Source of the DNA: a candidate division WOR-3 bacterium
GTDB taxonomy: Bacteria; Hydrothermota; Tepidihabitantia; Tepidihabitantales; Tepidihabitantaceae
DNA: 20,852 bases
NCBI GenBank assembly: GCA_965648905.1
Contig: CBFGIT010000042.1
Span: 1-20,852 of the forward strand
Direction: 5' to 3'
A model generated the notes under the pieces. The model saw nothing but the letters and a program-made list of their open reading frames with translations, was not told the DNA's origin and did no database searches. Positions 1-7,602 of the stretch are shown in pieces (position 1 is the first letter of the stretch; each line of letters starts with the position of its first letter). The position numbers and the translations under genes are program-made.

Positions 1-2
1 CC

Positions 3-83
3 CGCAAGCGTCTGATAACGGCCGATTCCGCAAGTGTGTCGCACTCCGAAACCCACCAGACGACGGTCTACTTGGTCAATTAG
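3..83 (+). CDS. Possible 3' end of an upstream gene (partial)
   Basis: Open frame RKRLITADSASVSHSETHQTTVYLVN ending in TAG at 81-83, followed by a hairpin. Too short to identify. Confidence 0.3.
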   Translation, partial: RKRLITADSASVSHSETHQTTVYLVN

Positions 84-90
84 ACTGCCA

Positions 91-148
91 ACCGCGTGAC
101 CCCATCAAATCCGAGGCTCAATATCGGGATTGGGGGCACCGATGCGGT
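91..148. terminator. Imperfect intergenic hairpin, possible terminator or palindromic element
   Basis: ACCGC-GTG-A-CCCC...TCCGA pairs with TCGGG...GGGG-CAC...GCGGT. It is followed by a pyrimidine-rich run but no clear U tract. Confidence 0.3.
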
Positions 149-160
149 CGCTCTCTTCCC

Positions 161-188
161 TTGACTTTCTGACTCGGTGCGCTATCGT
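161..188 (+). promoter_or_regulatory. Sigma70-type promoter candidate
   Basis: TTGACT (161-166), 16-bp spacer, TATCGT (183-188), just upstream of SD AGGAGGT (194-200). Confidence 0.5.
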
Positions 189-204
189 GCAAGAGGAGGT
201 GCCC

Positions 205-2772
205 TTGCGCTCGAAAACCGCAGTTGTCATGTTCCTGCTAACTGGTGTGGCGTTCGCCACCCGACCCTGGACCGAAGAAGAGTTTCGTGCGTTCGGTTGG
301 TCGTACCGGCCTCAGTTTCTGCCCCGGCCTGAAAGCCTTGTTTTCGGGCCCCGGCGGTTCAACTACCTGGAACGGGTGAAGCTTACCTGCGACTTTGTTG
401 CCCGTTATCAGGTCTCTGACTCGATGTCACCTGACTTTGGCGGAATCATCGAGGCCGAGCACATGCCCACGGTCATCGAAACCGACAACACCCAGGAAGC
501 CATCTGGATATGGTCGCGCTGGTTTGAGCTGACCGGCCGCAACGACTATTCAACCCAGATTCGCCGTGCCTGGGTCTATGTTCTGCGTCATCCCGCTTAC
601 CGTGAGCACGGCGGCGTTCCCGGCTCAATCTGGTACTCGGTCTGGAACTGCGGCCTTGCTTTCATGGCTGAGTCCCAGTACCGGCGTGCCTTTGGCGATT
701 CGTCCTTTCTGGCATACGCCGACACCTGCCGGAACTTCTACCTTGCCAACCCGCTGCTCAGCACCACCGCCCTGGACTACTTTGTTACCAGTCAGTCGTC
801 CGGCATGGCCTACGCCTATGCCCGGGAGCGGAATGACCCGGTCCTGCACGACACTGCGCTCGCCCGCGGCCAGCGGGTCAAGAGGTGGGTTGAGGCCAAT
901 GCCCGGGGCAGCCTGGGACTACAATCCTGGGCAATGTGCGGCGGCACTGCTTTCTGGGGCATTGCGCACACCGTCTGTCAGGAAGATACGGCTGCAGGCC
1001 GAGTCTGGCTCAGCACATATGTCGACTCCCTGCCCGGCTTCTACCCGGCCGGGTCCTGGAACTGTTCCCACAACATCTGGCTGGCCAATGCCTATCGCTC
1101 TGCTGCTGAATTGACCAGCGCCACACCCGACTGGCTGATGCACCAGTATCTTGTCGACACCCTGCTGATGAAAGATACTGACCGCGACGGCGGCATTCCC
1201 GCAACCTGGACCGACCCGAATACGCAGGACCAGACCTGGGTAACAACCTATCTCGACTTCATGGGCATGGACGTATTCGTTACGCCGACCTTTGACCAGG
1301 ATGTCTCGGTCTTGGAGTTCACCGCGCCGGAAAGACACGGTGTCTACGTTGTCGGTGACATGGTCCAAGCTTCTGTCCCCGTTGCCAACGCCGGTCGGGA
1401 CACGATGCACGACCTTAATCTGATCGTCGAGGCTGGCGGCTCGGGCGTCGGCGTGCGTATCGACTCACTGCCGTTTCTCGCCATCGAGACGATTCCGTTT
1501 CCGCCGATTCCCCTTGACACACCGGGGATGTACACCCTGCTCGCCTACTCTTCTGGCGACAACAACCCACTCAACGACACGGTCCGGCTCACGCTCGACG
1601 TCCATGGTCTGTACCGCATCAGCGGAACTATCGTCGACTCCGCTTCGGCGCAGGGCATTCCGGCCTGGGTACTCGTCTCGATTGCCGGCGACTCAACGGT
1701 CTGGGACTCCTGTCTGACCAACCGTAGCGGCGGCTTCTCACTCCAGATGATTGACACGACCGTCACCCTGAGCATCAAAACGTGGCTTCCCTACTACAAC
1801 CGCGCCTGGACGTTCGTGGTGCACGGTGACACGGAAGTCAATCTCGTCACCACCCCGGCTGACCTTGCACTAATCAACTGCGACTCCGCGGCCCGCTACG
1901 AACGGTTCTACACCGGGCCGCTCGACTCGCTCGGGGTCCACTACTCAAGCTGGTCCCGCTCTGACTCAGCCCGAATCCCTTACGACCAGTTCGACCGACT
2001 TCTGAAAAGAACCGCAATCTGGTACTCAGGCAATACCCGCACCGGCACAGTTCCCGCCGAAGACCAGGCCGGCCTGGCCGCCTTCTTAGGTCGGGGCGGC
2101 AACCTGTTTCTCACCGGGCAGAACATCGCCGAGGAACTCGCCGGCACGTCGTTCCTTGAGACCACGGTCGGCTGCCGATTCGACTCCTCTGGTTTCTCCG
2201 GTTTCTTCGCCTTTGGCGACCGGGCCGACTCGCTCGGTCGGGCTATCACTGGCATCGCAACTGCAGGCGGCAACGGCGCAAACAACCAGAACTCACGCGA
2301 TATCATCATCCCGACCGCAGCGCGCAGCTTCATAGTCTACGACTCAACAATCCCCCTCTGCGCCGGGGTGCGGCGTGCTGACGCAAGCGGCGGGAAAGTC
2401 ATCTTCCTCGGGTTCGGCTTCGAGGCGGTCAACCGGCCTCAAGCCCGCCCCACCTATTTCACCCGCACCCAACTGATGGCGCTTGTTCTCAACTGGTTCG
2501 GCATTAACGTCGGCGTTGCTGACCGCGAGCTGCAGAACGTTGGCCGCAGCCGGCACGCGACCATTGTCCGCGGGGTGCTGCACCTCGGCCCGGGACATAA
2601 CCCGATTCCGTTCGGGGAATCGGGATTGTGTCCCAGACCCTTGCTGCTCGACGCTACCGGCCGCACGGTGATGAGGCTTCAGCCCGGCGCCAACGACGTG
2701 CTGCATCTTGCGCCCGGCGTCTACTTTGTGGCCGGCGCTTCAGAACTCGCCAAGGTCGTGATTCAGCGTTGA
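205..2772 (+). CDS. Secreted multidomain protein (~855 aa): helical six-hairpin-barrel-like N-terminal region, CARDB/Ig-like domain, carboxypeptidase-regulatory-like domain, alpha/beta domain, C-terminal sorting-type module
   Basis: Start moved to TTG 205 after SD AGGAGGT, giving signal peptide MRSKTAVVMFLLTGVAFA. Ig-like motif DVSVLEF...NAG...NNPLNDTV, then ISGTIVDS, AIWYSG...GGNLFLTGQNI...VIFLGFGFEAV, and C-terminal LLDATGRTV...LAPGVYFV...KVVIQR. Confidence 0.85.
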   Translation: MRSKTAVVMFLLTGVAFATRPWTEEEFRAFGWSYRPQFLPRPESLVFGPRRFNYLERVKLTCDFVARYQVSDSMSPDFGGIIEAEHMPTVIETDNTQEAIWIWSRWFELTGRNDYSTQIRRAWVYVLRHPAYREHGGVPGSIWYSVWNCGLAFMAESQYRRAFGDSSFLAYADTCRNFYLANPLLSTTALDYFVTSQSSGMAYAYARERNDPVLHDTALARGQRVKRWVEANARGSLGLQSWAMCGGTAFWGIAHTVCQEDTAAGRVWLSTYVDSLPGFYPAGSWNCSHNIWLANAYRSAAELTSATPDWLMHQYLVDTLLMKDTDRDGGIPATWTDPNTQDQTWVTTYLDFMGMDVFVTPTFDQDVSVLEFTAPERHGVYVVGDMVQASVPVANAGRDTMHDLNLIVEAGGSGVGVRIDSLPFLAIETIPFPPIPLDTPGMYTLLAYSSGDNNPLNDTVRLTLDVHGLYRISGTIVDSASAQGIPAWVLVSIAGDSTVWDSCLTNRSGGFSLQMIDTTVTLSIKTWLPYYNRAWTFVVHGDTEVNLVTTPADLALINCDSAARYERFYTGPLDSLGVHYSSWSRSDSARIPYDQFDRLLKRTAIWYSGNTRTGTVPAEDQAGLAAFLGRGGNLFLTGQNIAEELAGTSFLETTVGCRFDSSGFSGFFAFGDRADSLGRAITGIATAGGNGANNQNSRDIIIPTAARSFIVYDSTIPLCAGVRRADASGGKVIFLGFGFEAVNRPQARPTYFTRTQLMALVLNWFGINVGVADRELQNVGRSRHATIVRGVLHLGPGHNPIPFGESGLCPRPLLLDATGRTVMRLQPGANDVLHLAPGVYFVAGASELAKVVIQR
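2592..2634. repeat. 43-bp palindrome embedded in the coding sequence of the C-terminal module
   Basis: GGGACATAACCCGATTCC (2592-2609), loop GTTCGG, GGAATCGGGATTGTGTCCC (2616-2634). One wobble pair and one bulge. Confidence 0.8.
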
Positions 2773-2790
2773 CCTTCTGGAGGCGGACAA

Positions 2791-5391
2791 ATGAACCTCG
2801 CCCTTCTGTTCTTCGCGTTCGCCGGCGCAGGCGCCGACCTGCTGCCGTCCGGCCTCACCCCGGAGATGATTGTCACGCAAGTGCGTGCTGTCCGCGCCGA
2901 TTGTGAGCCTGCGCCCACGCTCGATGAAGCCGGATTCCTGCTCGATACCAACTACCTACTCACCCGTTGTGCCTGGCAACAGAGCTATCCTGCCGCAGCG
3001 TCAAGCGGTGAGACCCTGCTCGTAGCGTGGCAGGACCATCGCGGTTACTTCCAGGACGACATCTACGCCTGCCGCGTCACCTCGTCCGGGCTCCTGCTCG
3101 ATTCTGCCGGCATCCTGATTTCGTCAGAACCCTGGAATCAGCAGCGGCCTGCGGTTAGCTATGACGGTGTCAATTTCCTCGTAGTCTGGCAGGACGGCCG
3201 CAATGGCGAGGACGATATCTACGCGGCCCGAGTAAGCAGCTCGGGTGTTGTGCTGGACCAGCACGGCATTGCAGTCTCGACCGCGGCCAGCGGCCAGGGC
3301 TACCCGTCGGTCTCGGTCAGCGATACACTCTGTCTTGTCGCCTGGCAAGACGCACGCGGCGGAACCTCGTACGATGTCTATGGCGCCCGGCTGACCCGCT
3401 CCGGAATCGTGCTCGACCCGTCCGGCATTCCCATTTCCATTCAGTCGACCAACGAGCAGTACCCGGCCGTGTCCGGCTCAAGAGCCGGCTGGCTCGTGGT
3501 CTGGCAGGACAACCGCAACGGCGACGCGAACATCTACGGCACCCGAGTCTCACCCACGGGCCAGGTACTCGACTCGGCCGGCATCACGATTGCGGCCCTG
3601 ACCGCTAGCCAGACCTACCCTGCGGTCGCATTCGACAGCATCTGGCTGGTCGCGTGGTCTGACCAGCGTAATGGCGAGGGTGACATCTATGCTGCGCGAC
3701 TCGACGCTGACGGCCGGGTCCTTGACAGCACCGGGTTTGCGGTCTCGGCCGCCAGCCAGCAGCAGACTGCGCCGGACATCTCCGCCGACCACAGCCATTT
3801 CCTCGTCGCCTGGGATGATGCCCGGTCATATCCTGACTACGACGTCTACGGTGCACGCGTCACCCGGACTGGAACTGTGCTCGAGCCGAACGGTGTCCGA
3901 TTGTCGCTCGACGCCGAGAGCCAGTCCGGCACTGCGCTCTGCCCCAGGGGTGACGGCTGGCTCGTGGTCTGGCACGACAGCCGAGGCAACCAGACCTGGT
4001 CCATCTTCGGGACCCGCGTCAGCAGTACCGGGCATGTCGCGGACTCGGCCGGCATCCTGCTTTCACCCGCAGCCTATGGCCAGTACGACACCGACGTCGC
4101 ATTTGACGGAAACAACTACCTCGTGGTCTGGAGCGACTTCCGCAGCGGCCGAAGCAGAGACATCTACGGCTGCCGGGTCACGCCACGTGGACAGGTCCTC
4201 GACCCGCAGGGCATCGCCATCTGCACCCTCTACAACTGGCAGGGCATCCCGACTGTTGCCTGGGGCGACTCAAGCTGGCTTGTAGTCTGGGGCGACCTCC
4301 GCACCGGCGACTTCGACATCTTCGGCTCCCGAGTCAGCCCGGCTGGTGAAGTGCTCGACCCGCAGGGCATTGCCATCTGTCGCCGCAGCCAGGTCCAGGT
4401 CTACCCCGACGTTGCCTGGAACCGCGCAAACTGGCTCGTTGCCTGGCACGACTTCCGCCGCTACCAGTACGACATCTACGGTGCGCGGGTCGACAAACAG
4501 GGTGCGGTACTCGACACCGGCATCCCCATCTGCCTGGCCAGCCAGGGCCAGTACTACCCGGCGATTGCCGGCGGCGACACCGTAAGCCTTGTCGTCTGGA
4601 ACGACGCCCGCAGTGGCAACTACCTAATCTACGGTGCGCGGGTTACTCAGTCAGGCCGCGTGCTCGACCCGGACGGGTTTGTGGTCTGCAGCCGCACCAG
4701 CATGAACCCGGACGCGGTGTCCAGCGGCACCAACTATCTTGTCACCTGGGACGACTCCCGCGGCGGCCTCTCTGACATCTACGGCGCCCGTGTCTCGCCG
4801 GACGGCGTCGTGCTCGACCCGAACGGACGGCCCATCGGAGTTGCCACCGGGTACCAGACCATGTCCGCACTCACCTGGACCGGCACGCAGTACGCTGCTG
4901 TATGGCAGGACTGGCGCAACGGCCACGACTACGACATCTACGCCTGCTACGTCCAGCCTGACGGTTCAGCCCGGACTCCCTTCCCGGTTCACACCGGTGT
5001 CAACGAACAGATAACGCCCGCAGCCTGCGCCGGCCCAGGCGGTCAAGTGCTCTTTGTCAACTGCGGCTGGGTTGACAGCCTGGCGGGCCGGACCGCCCAC
5101 ACCTACCGTATCTGGGGCAGGCTTGACCCGGTTCAGGCACTTGAGGAGAACGCGCATTCCGGACCAGACTACACACGAAGGGCGACCATTGTCCGCGGCG
5201 TGCTGCACCTCGATGCGCTCGGGCGCAGTCAACGCAGTGACACTCCTCTTGCGCTCTTGGACGCCGTGGGCCGCACGGTCATGGCGCTTGCCCCCGGCGC
5301 CAACGACGTGTCGCACCTTGCGGCTGGAGTCTACTTCTTGTGTAACGCACCAGACCAGCAAGCGCCGGTGAAAACCGTGATTCTGAGATAG
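2791..5391 (+). CDS. Secreted repeat protein (866 aa), probable tandem beta-propellers with C-terminal sorting-type module
   Basis: SD GGAGG before ATG 2791 and a hydrophobic N-terminus. It has 13 full plus 1 degenerate ~52-aa repeats (PAV..LVVW.D.R...DIYG.RV...G.VLD..GI.I) and C-terminal ATIVRGVLHL...LLDAVGRTV...GVYFL...KTVILR. Confidence 0.9.
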   Translation: MNLALLFFAFAGAGADLLPSGLTPEMIVTQVRAVRADCEPAPTLDEAGFLLDTNYLLTRCAWQQSYPAAASSGETLLVAWQDHRGYFQDDIYACRVTSSGLLLDSAGILISSEPWNQQRPAVSYDGVNFLVVWQDGRNGEDDIYAARVSSSGVVLDQHGIAVSTAASGQGYPSVSVSDTLCLVAWQDARGGTSYDVYGARLTRSGIVLDPSGIPISIQSTNEQYPAVSGSRAGWLVVWQDNRNGDANIYGTRVSPTGQVLDSAGITIAALTASQTYPAVAFDSIWLVAWSDQRNGEGDIYAARLDADGRVLDSTGFAVSAASQQQTAPDISADHSHFLVAWDDARSYPDYDVYGARVTRTGTVLEPNGVRLSLDAESQSGTALCPRGDGWLVVWHDSRGNQTWSIFGTRVSSTGHVADSAGILLSPAAYGQYDTDVAFDGNNYLVVWSDFRSGRSRDIYGCRVTPRGQVLDPQGIAICTLYNWQGIPTVAWGDSSWLVVWGDLRTGDFDIFGSRVSPAGEVLDPQGIAICRRSQVQVYPDVAWNRANWLVAWHDFRRYQYDIYGARVDKQGAVLDTGIPICLASQGQYYPAIAGGDTVSLVVWNDARSGNYLIYGARVTQSGRVLDPDGFVVCSRTSMNPDAVSSGTNYLVTWDDSRGGLSDIYGARVSPDGVVLDPNGRPIGVATGYQTMSALTWTGTQYAAVWQDWRNGHDYDIYACYVQPDGSARTPFPVHTGVNEQITPAACAGPGGQVLFVNCGWVDSLAGRTAHTYRIWGRLDPVQALEENAHSGPDYTRRATIVRGVLHLDALGRSQRSDTPLALLDAVGRTVMALAPGANDVSHLAAGVYFLCNAPDQQAPVKTVILR
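2986..5124 (+). repeat. Intragenic array of ~14 beta-propeller-blade-like repeats
   Basis: A W-x-D-x-R motif followed by DIY-x-x-RV recurs about every 52 codons. Confidence 0.85.
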
Positions 5392-5392
5392 A

Positions 5393-5447
5393 CCGGGGGC
5401 GGAATTCCTGACAGCCGCGACCGCAGAAGCAAGTGTCAGGCGCCCGG
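5393..5447. terminator. Hairpin directly after the propeller gene stop
   Basis: CCTGACA (5407-5413) pairs with TGTCAGG (5434-5440), enclosed by GGGCG/CGCCC. No U tract. Confidence 0.35.
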
Positions 5448-5770
5448 GCCGATTCTGTCAAGGGGAGGTGACCCCCGGGTTATCCCCTGAACCGTTGGGT
5501 AGGCCGGTCGGTCCGGCCACGAGACCGGGCTCGGCCCGACCCAGCAGAACGCCCATTACTGCCCGATGAGGAACCCGTTCTGACCGACCCACCAGACCAG
5601 GCTTCACTGCACGCTTGGCACTGGCCCGGGGAGAAAAAGGGTGACCGGCCTTCGGCAACGGCAGAGGACCGGGCCCGACTGACGCCTGAGGATGATGCAA
5701 CGGTATGTCCTTGGGGCCAGCCTTGTCCGACCCCTCGGGCCAGCGAAGCAGAACCGACCGGGCTTGGTCG

Positions 5771-5840
5771 CCGACCGCCATTCGCCATTCCGCGCTCTGC
5801 ATCCTACAATCTGCACTCTACAACTTGCGTTCTGTGCTCT
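5771..5840. repeat. Degenerate heptamer tandem array (~10 units)
   Basis: CCGACCG CCATTCG CCATTCC GCGCTCT GCATCCT ACAATCT GCACTCT ACAACTT GCGTTCT GTGCTCT. Confidence 0.7.
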
Positions 5841-5879
5841 CCTTTCTGGGCTGCCCGTCCGATGCGCTGCGGTCTTTGC

Positions 5880-5906
5880 TTGACAATCGCCCGCTTGCAG
5901 TAGAAT
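5880..5906 (+). promoter_or_regulatory. Sigma70-type promoter for the miaB operon, probably near-leaderless
   Basis: TTGACA (5880-5885), 15-bp spacer, TAGAAT (5901-5906). The ATG is only 9 nt after the -10 and there is no SD. Confidence 0.55.
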
Positions 5907-5915
5907 ATCGCCTGC

Positions 5916-7289
5916 ATGGCCGGCAAGTTCTTTCTTCAGACTTATGGCTGCCAGATGAACGTCTACGAGTCCGGCGTGGTGCGTAAGATACTCTCTGATG
6001 CCGGATTCGAGGAGACCGAGGACGAGTCCTCGGCCGACCTGCTCTTGATGATGACCTGCTCGGTCCGCAGCCACGCCGAGGCGCGCGCGCTGGGCCGACT
6101 CGCGGACTTCCGCAGCCATCGGGCCGGCCAGCCTGACCGGCTCGTCTGCGTTTTGGGCTGCATGGCCCAGCGCTACGGTGATGAACTGGTCAAGAGCGCG
6201 CTTGCCGACATCGTGGTCGGCCCGGATGACTACCTGCGCCTGCCTGAGCTGGTTGAGCAGTGCCGCGCCGGCACGCGCGGCCTCGTGGCAACCCGGCTGT
6301 CTTCTGAATGCTATGACCAGGTTCGGCCCGAGCCGAACAACCCGGTCTCGGCATTTGTCACGGTCATGCGCGGCTGCAACAACTACTGCTCATACTGCAT
6401 TGTCCCGTACGTCAAAGGACGCGAGCGCTCCCGGCCGATGGACCGGGTGCTCGACGAAGTTCGGACCCTGGTCGGTCGCGGCATCAAGGATATCACCCTG
6501 CTGGGCCAGAACGTCCTCGCCTATCAGGATGGTTCCCATGACTTTGCCGAGCTTCTCGCGGCAGTTGCTCGGACTGCGGGCAGTGCGCGCGTGCGCTTTC
6601 TTACATCTCACCCGCGCGACCTGACCGACAAGGTACTTCGCACCATGGCTGAGGCTAAGAACGTCTGCCCCGCGCTGCATCTACCTCTTCAGTCCGGCTC
6701 AGACCGCATTCTCGCCCTGATGAATCGCGGCTACACGCGCACCGAGTATCTCCGCCTGGTTGCCCGGGCGCGCGCCCTGCTGCCCGGTCTTGCTCTCTCG
6801 ACCGACGTGATGGTCGCCTTTCCGGGCGAGACCGAGGCCGATTTTCTCGATACAATTGATGTCGTGCAGCGGGTCCGCTTTGACTCTGCCTATACGTTCC
6901 GGTTCTCGGTTCGGCCCGGGACCCGCGCGGCCGAGCTCGAACCCAAGGTCTCGGCTGCAGACTCAGGCCGCCGGCTCGCCCGACTGATTGAAGTCCAGAA
7001 CCGGGTCACCATCGAACTGAACCGCGCCTTGGTCGGGCAGGAACACGAGCTGCTCATCGAGGGGCCGAGCCCGCGCGGCCGGGACGCGCTGGGCCGCACG
7101 CGTTCGGGCAAGGTCGTAGTTGTGGCCGCCCCGGTCCCGGCCGGAACCCTTGTCCTGGCCCGCGTAACGCACCTGAACGGCTGGACCCCGGTGGCCCAGC
7201 TTGTCACATCAGAACCGACCCGGGCTGCCGGACGTCTCCGCGTTCGCGGTGCACGCCGAACGCCATGCCCTGAGTCACAGGAATCTTAA
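5916..7289 (+). CDS. miaB: tRNA-2-methylthio-N6-dimethylallyladenosine synthase MiaB
   Basis: TYGCQMN, TCSVR and GCMAQ UPF0004 cysteines; radical SAM CNNYCSYC; SHPRD and HLPLQSGS; C-terminal TRAM-like region. Confidence 0.95.
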   Translation: MAGKFFLQTYGCQMNVYESGVVRKILSDAGFEETEDESSADLLLMMTCSVRSHAEARALGRLADFRSHRAGQPDRLVCVLGCMAQRYGDELVKSALADIVVGPDDYLRLPELVEQCRAGTRGLVATRLSSECYDQVRPEPNNPVSAFVTVMRGCNNYCSYCIVPYVKGRERSRPMDRVLDEVRTLVGRGIKDITLLGQNVLAYQDGSHDFAELLAAVARTAGSARVRFLTSHPRDLTDKVLRTMAEAKNVCPALHLPLQSGSDRILALMNRGYTRTEYLRLVARARALLPGLALSTDVMVAFPGETEADFLDTIDVVQRVRFDSAYTFRFSVRPGTRAAELEPKVSAADSGRRLARLIEVQNRVTIELNRALVGQEHELLIEGPSPRGRDALGRTRSGKVVVVAAPVPAGTLVLARVTHLNGWTPVAQLVTSEPTRAAGRLRVRGARRTPCPESQES

Positions 7290-7299
7290 GGAGGATACC

Positions 7300-7602
7300 G
7301 TGGTCATCTTTCGAGTCGTCCTGATGCTTGTCGCCTTTGTCATCGTCCTGATGCTGGCCCTGCCGAACGCGACCGCCGACGTCGCGGTCCGGGTCTTTGC
7401 CCGGACTTACTACACCAATCTCGCGGTGGCGCTGCTCTATTCATTTGCCTTTGGGGCACTCTGCGTCGGCATCTTCACGCTCGTTTCGGAAGTCGGCCTG
7501 CGTGCCCGGCTGCGCCGCCAGCGCCGGGAAATCGACGACCTGACCGACGAACTCCGCGCCCTGCGCAACGCACCGCTCGAGGGCATCGGAGGTGAGAAGT
7601 GA
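7300..7602 (+). CDS. lapA: LapA-family (lipopolysaccharide assembly protein A-like) membrane protein, 100 aa
   Basis: SD AAGGAGG then GTG 7300. Two hydrophobic segments with an intervening Asn, then a coiled-coil tail, directly upstream of a TPR gene with GTGA overlap. Confidence 0.7.
   Translation: MVIFRVVLMLVAFVIVLMLALPNATADVAVRVFARTYYTNLAVALLYSFAFGALCVGIFTLVSEVGLRARLRRQRREIDDLTDELRALRNAPLEGIGGEK

Noticed and set aside
2986..5124. CRISPR array or DGR template/variable repeats
   Set aside because: The repeats are degenerate protein-level units, with no identical repeat-spacer pattern, no adenine-specific variation and no cas or reverse transcriptase gene.
5461..5770. RNase P, 6S, SRP, tmRNA, glycine or cobalamin riboswitch
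   Set aside because: Only fragmentary resemblances. Core motifs such as GAGGAAAGTCC and CAGGTCCGGAAGGAAGCAG are absent.
5458..5986. Several short ORFs in the intergenic region before miaB
   Set aside because: Pro/Gly/Arg-rich or heptamer-derived translations, mutually overlapping, with no convincing SD.
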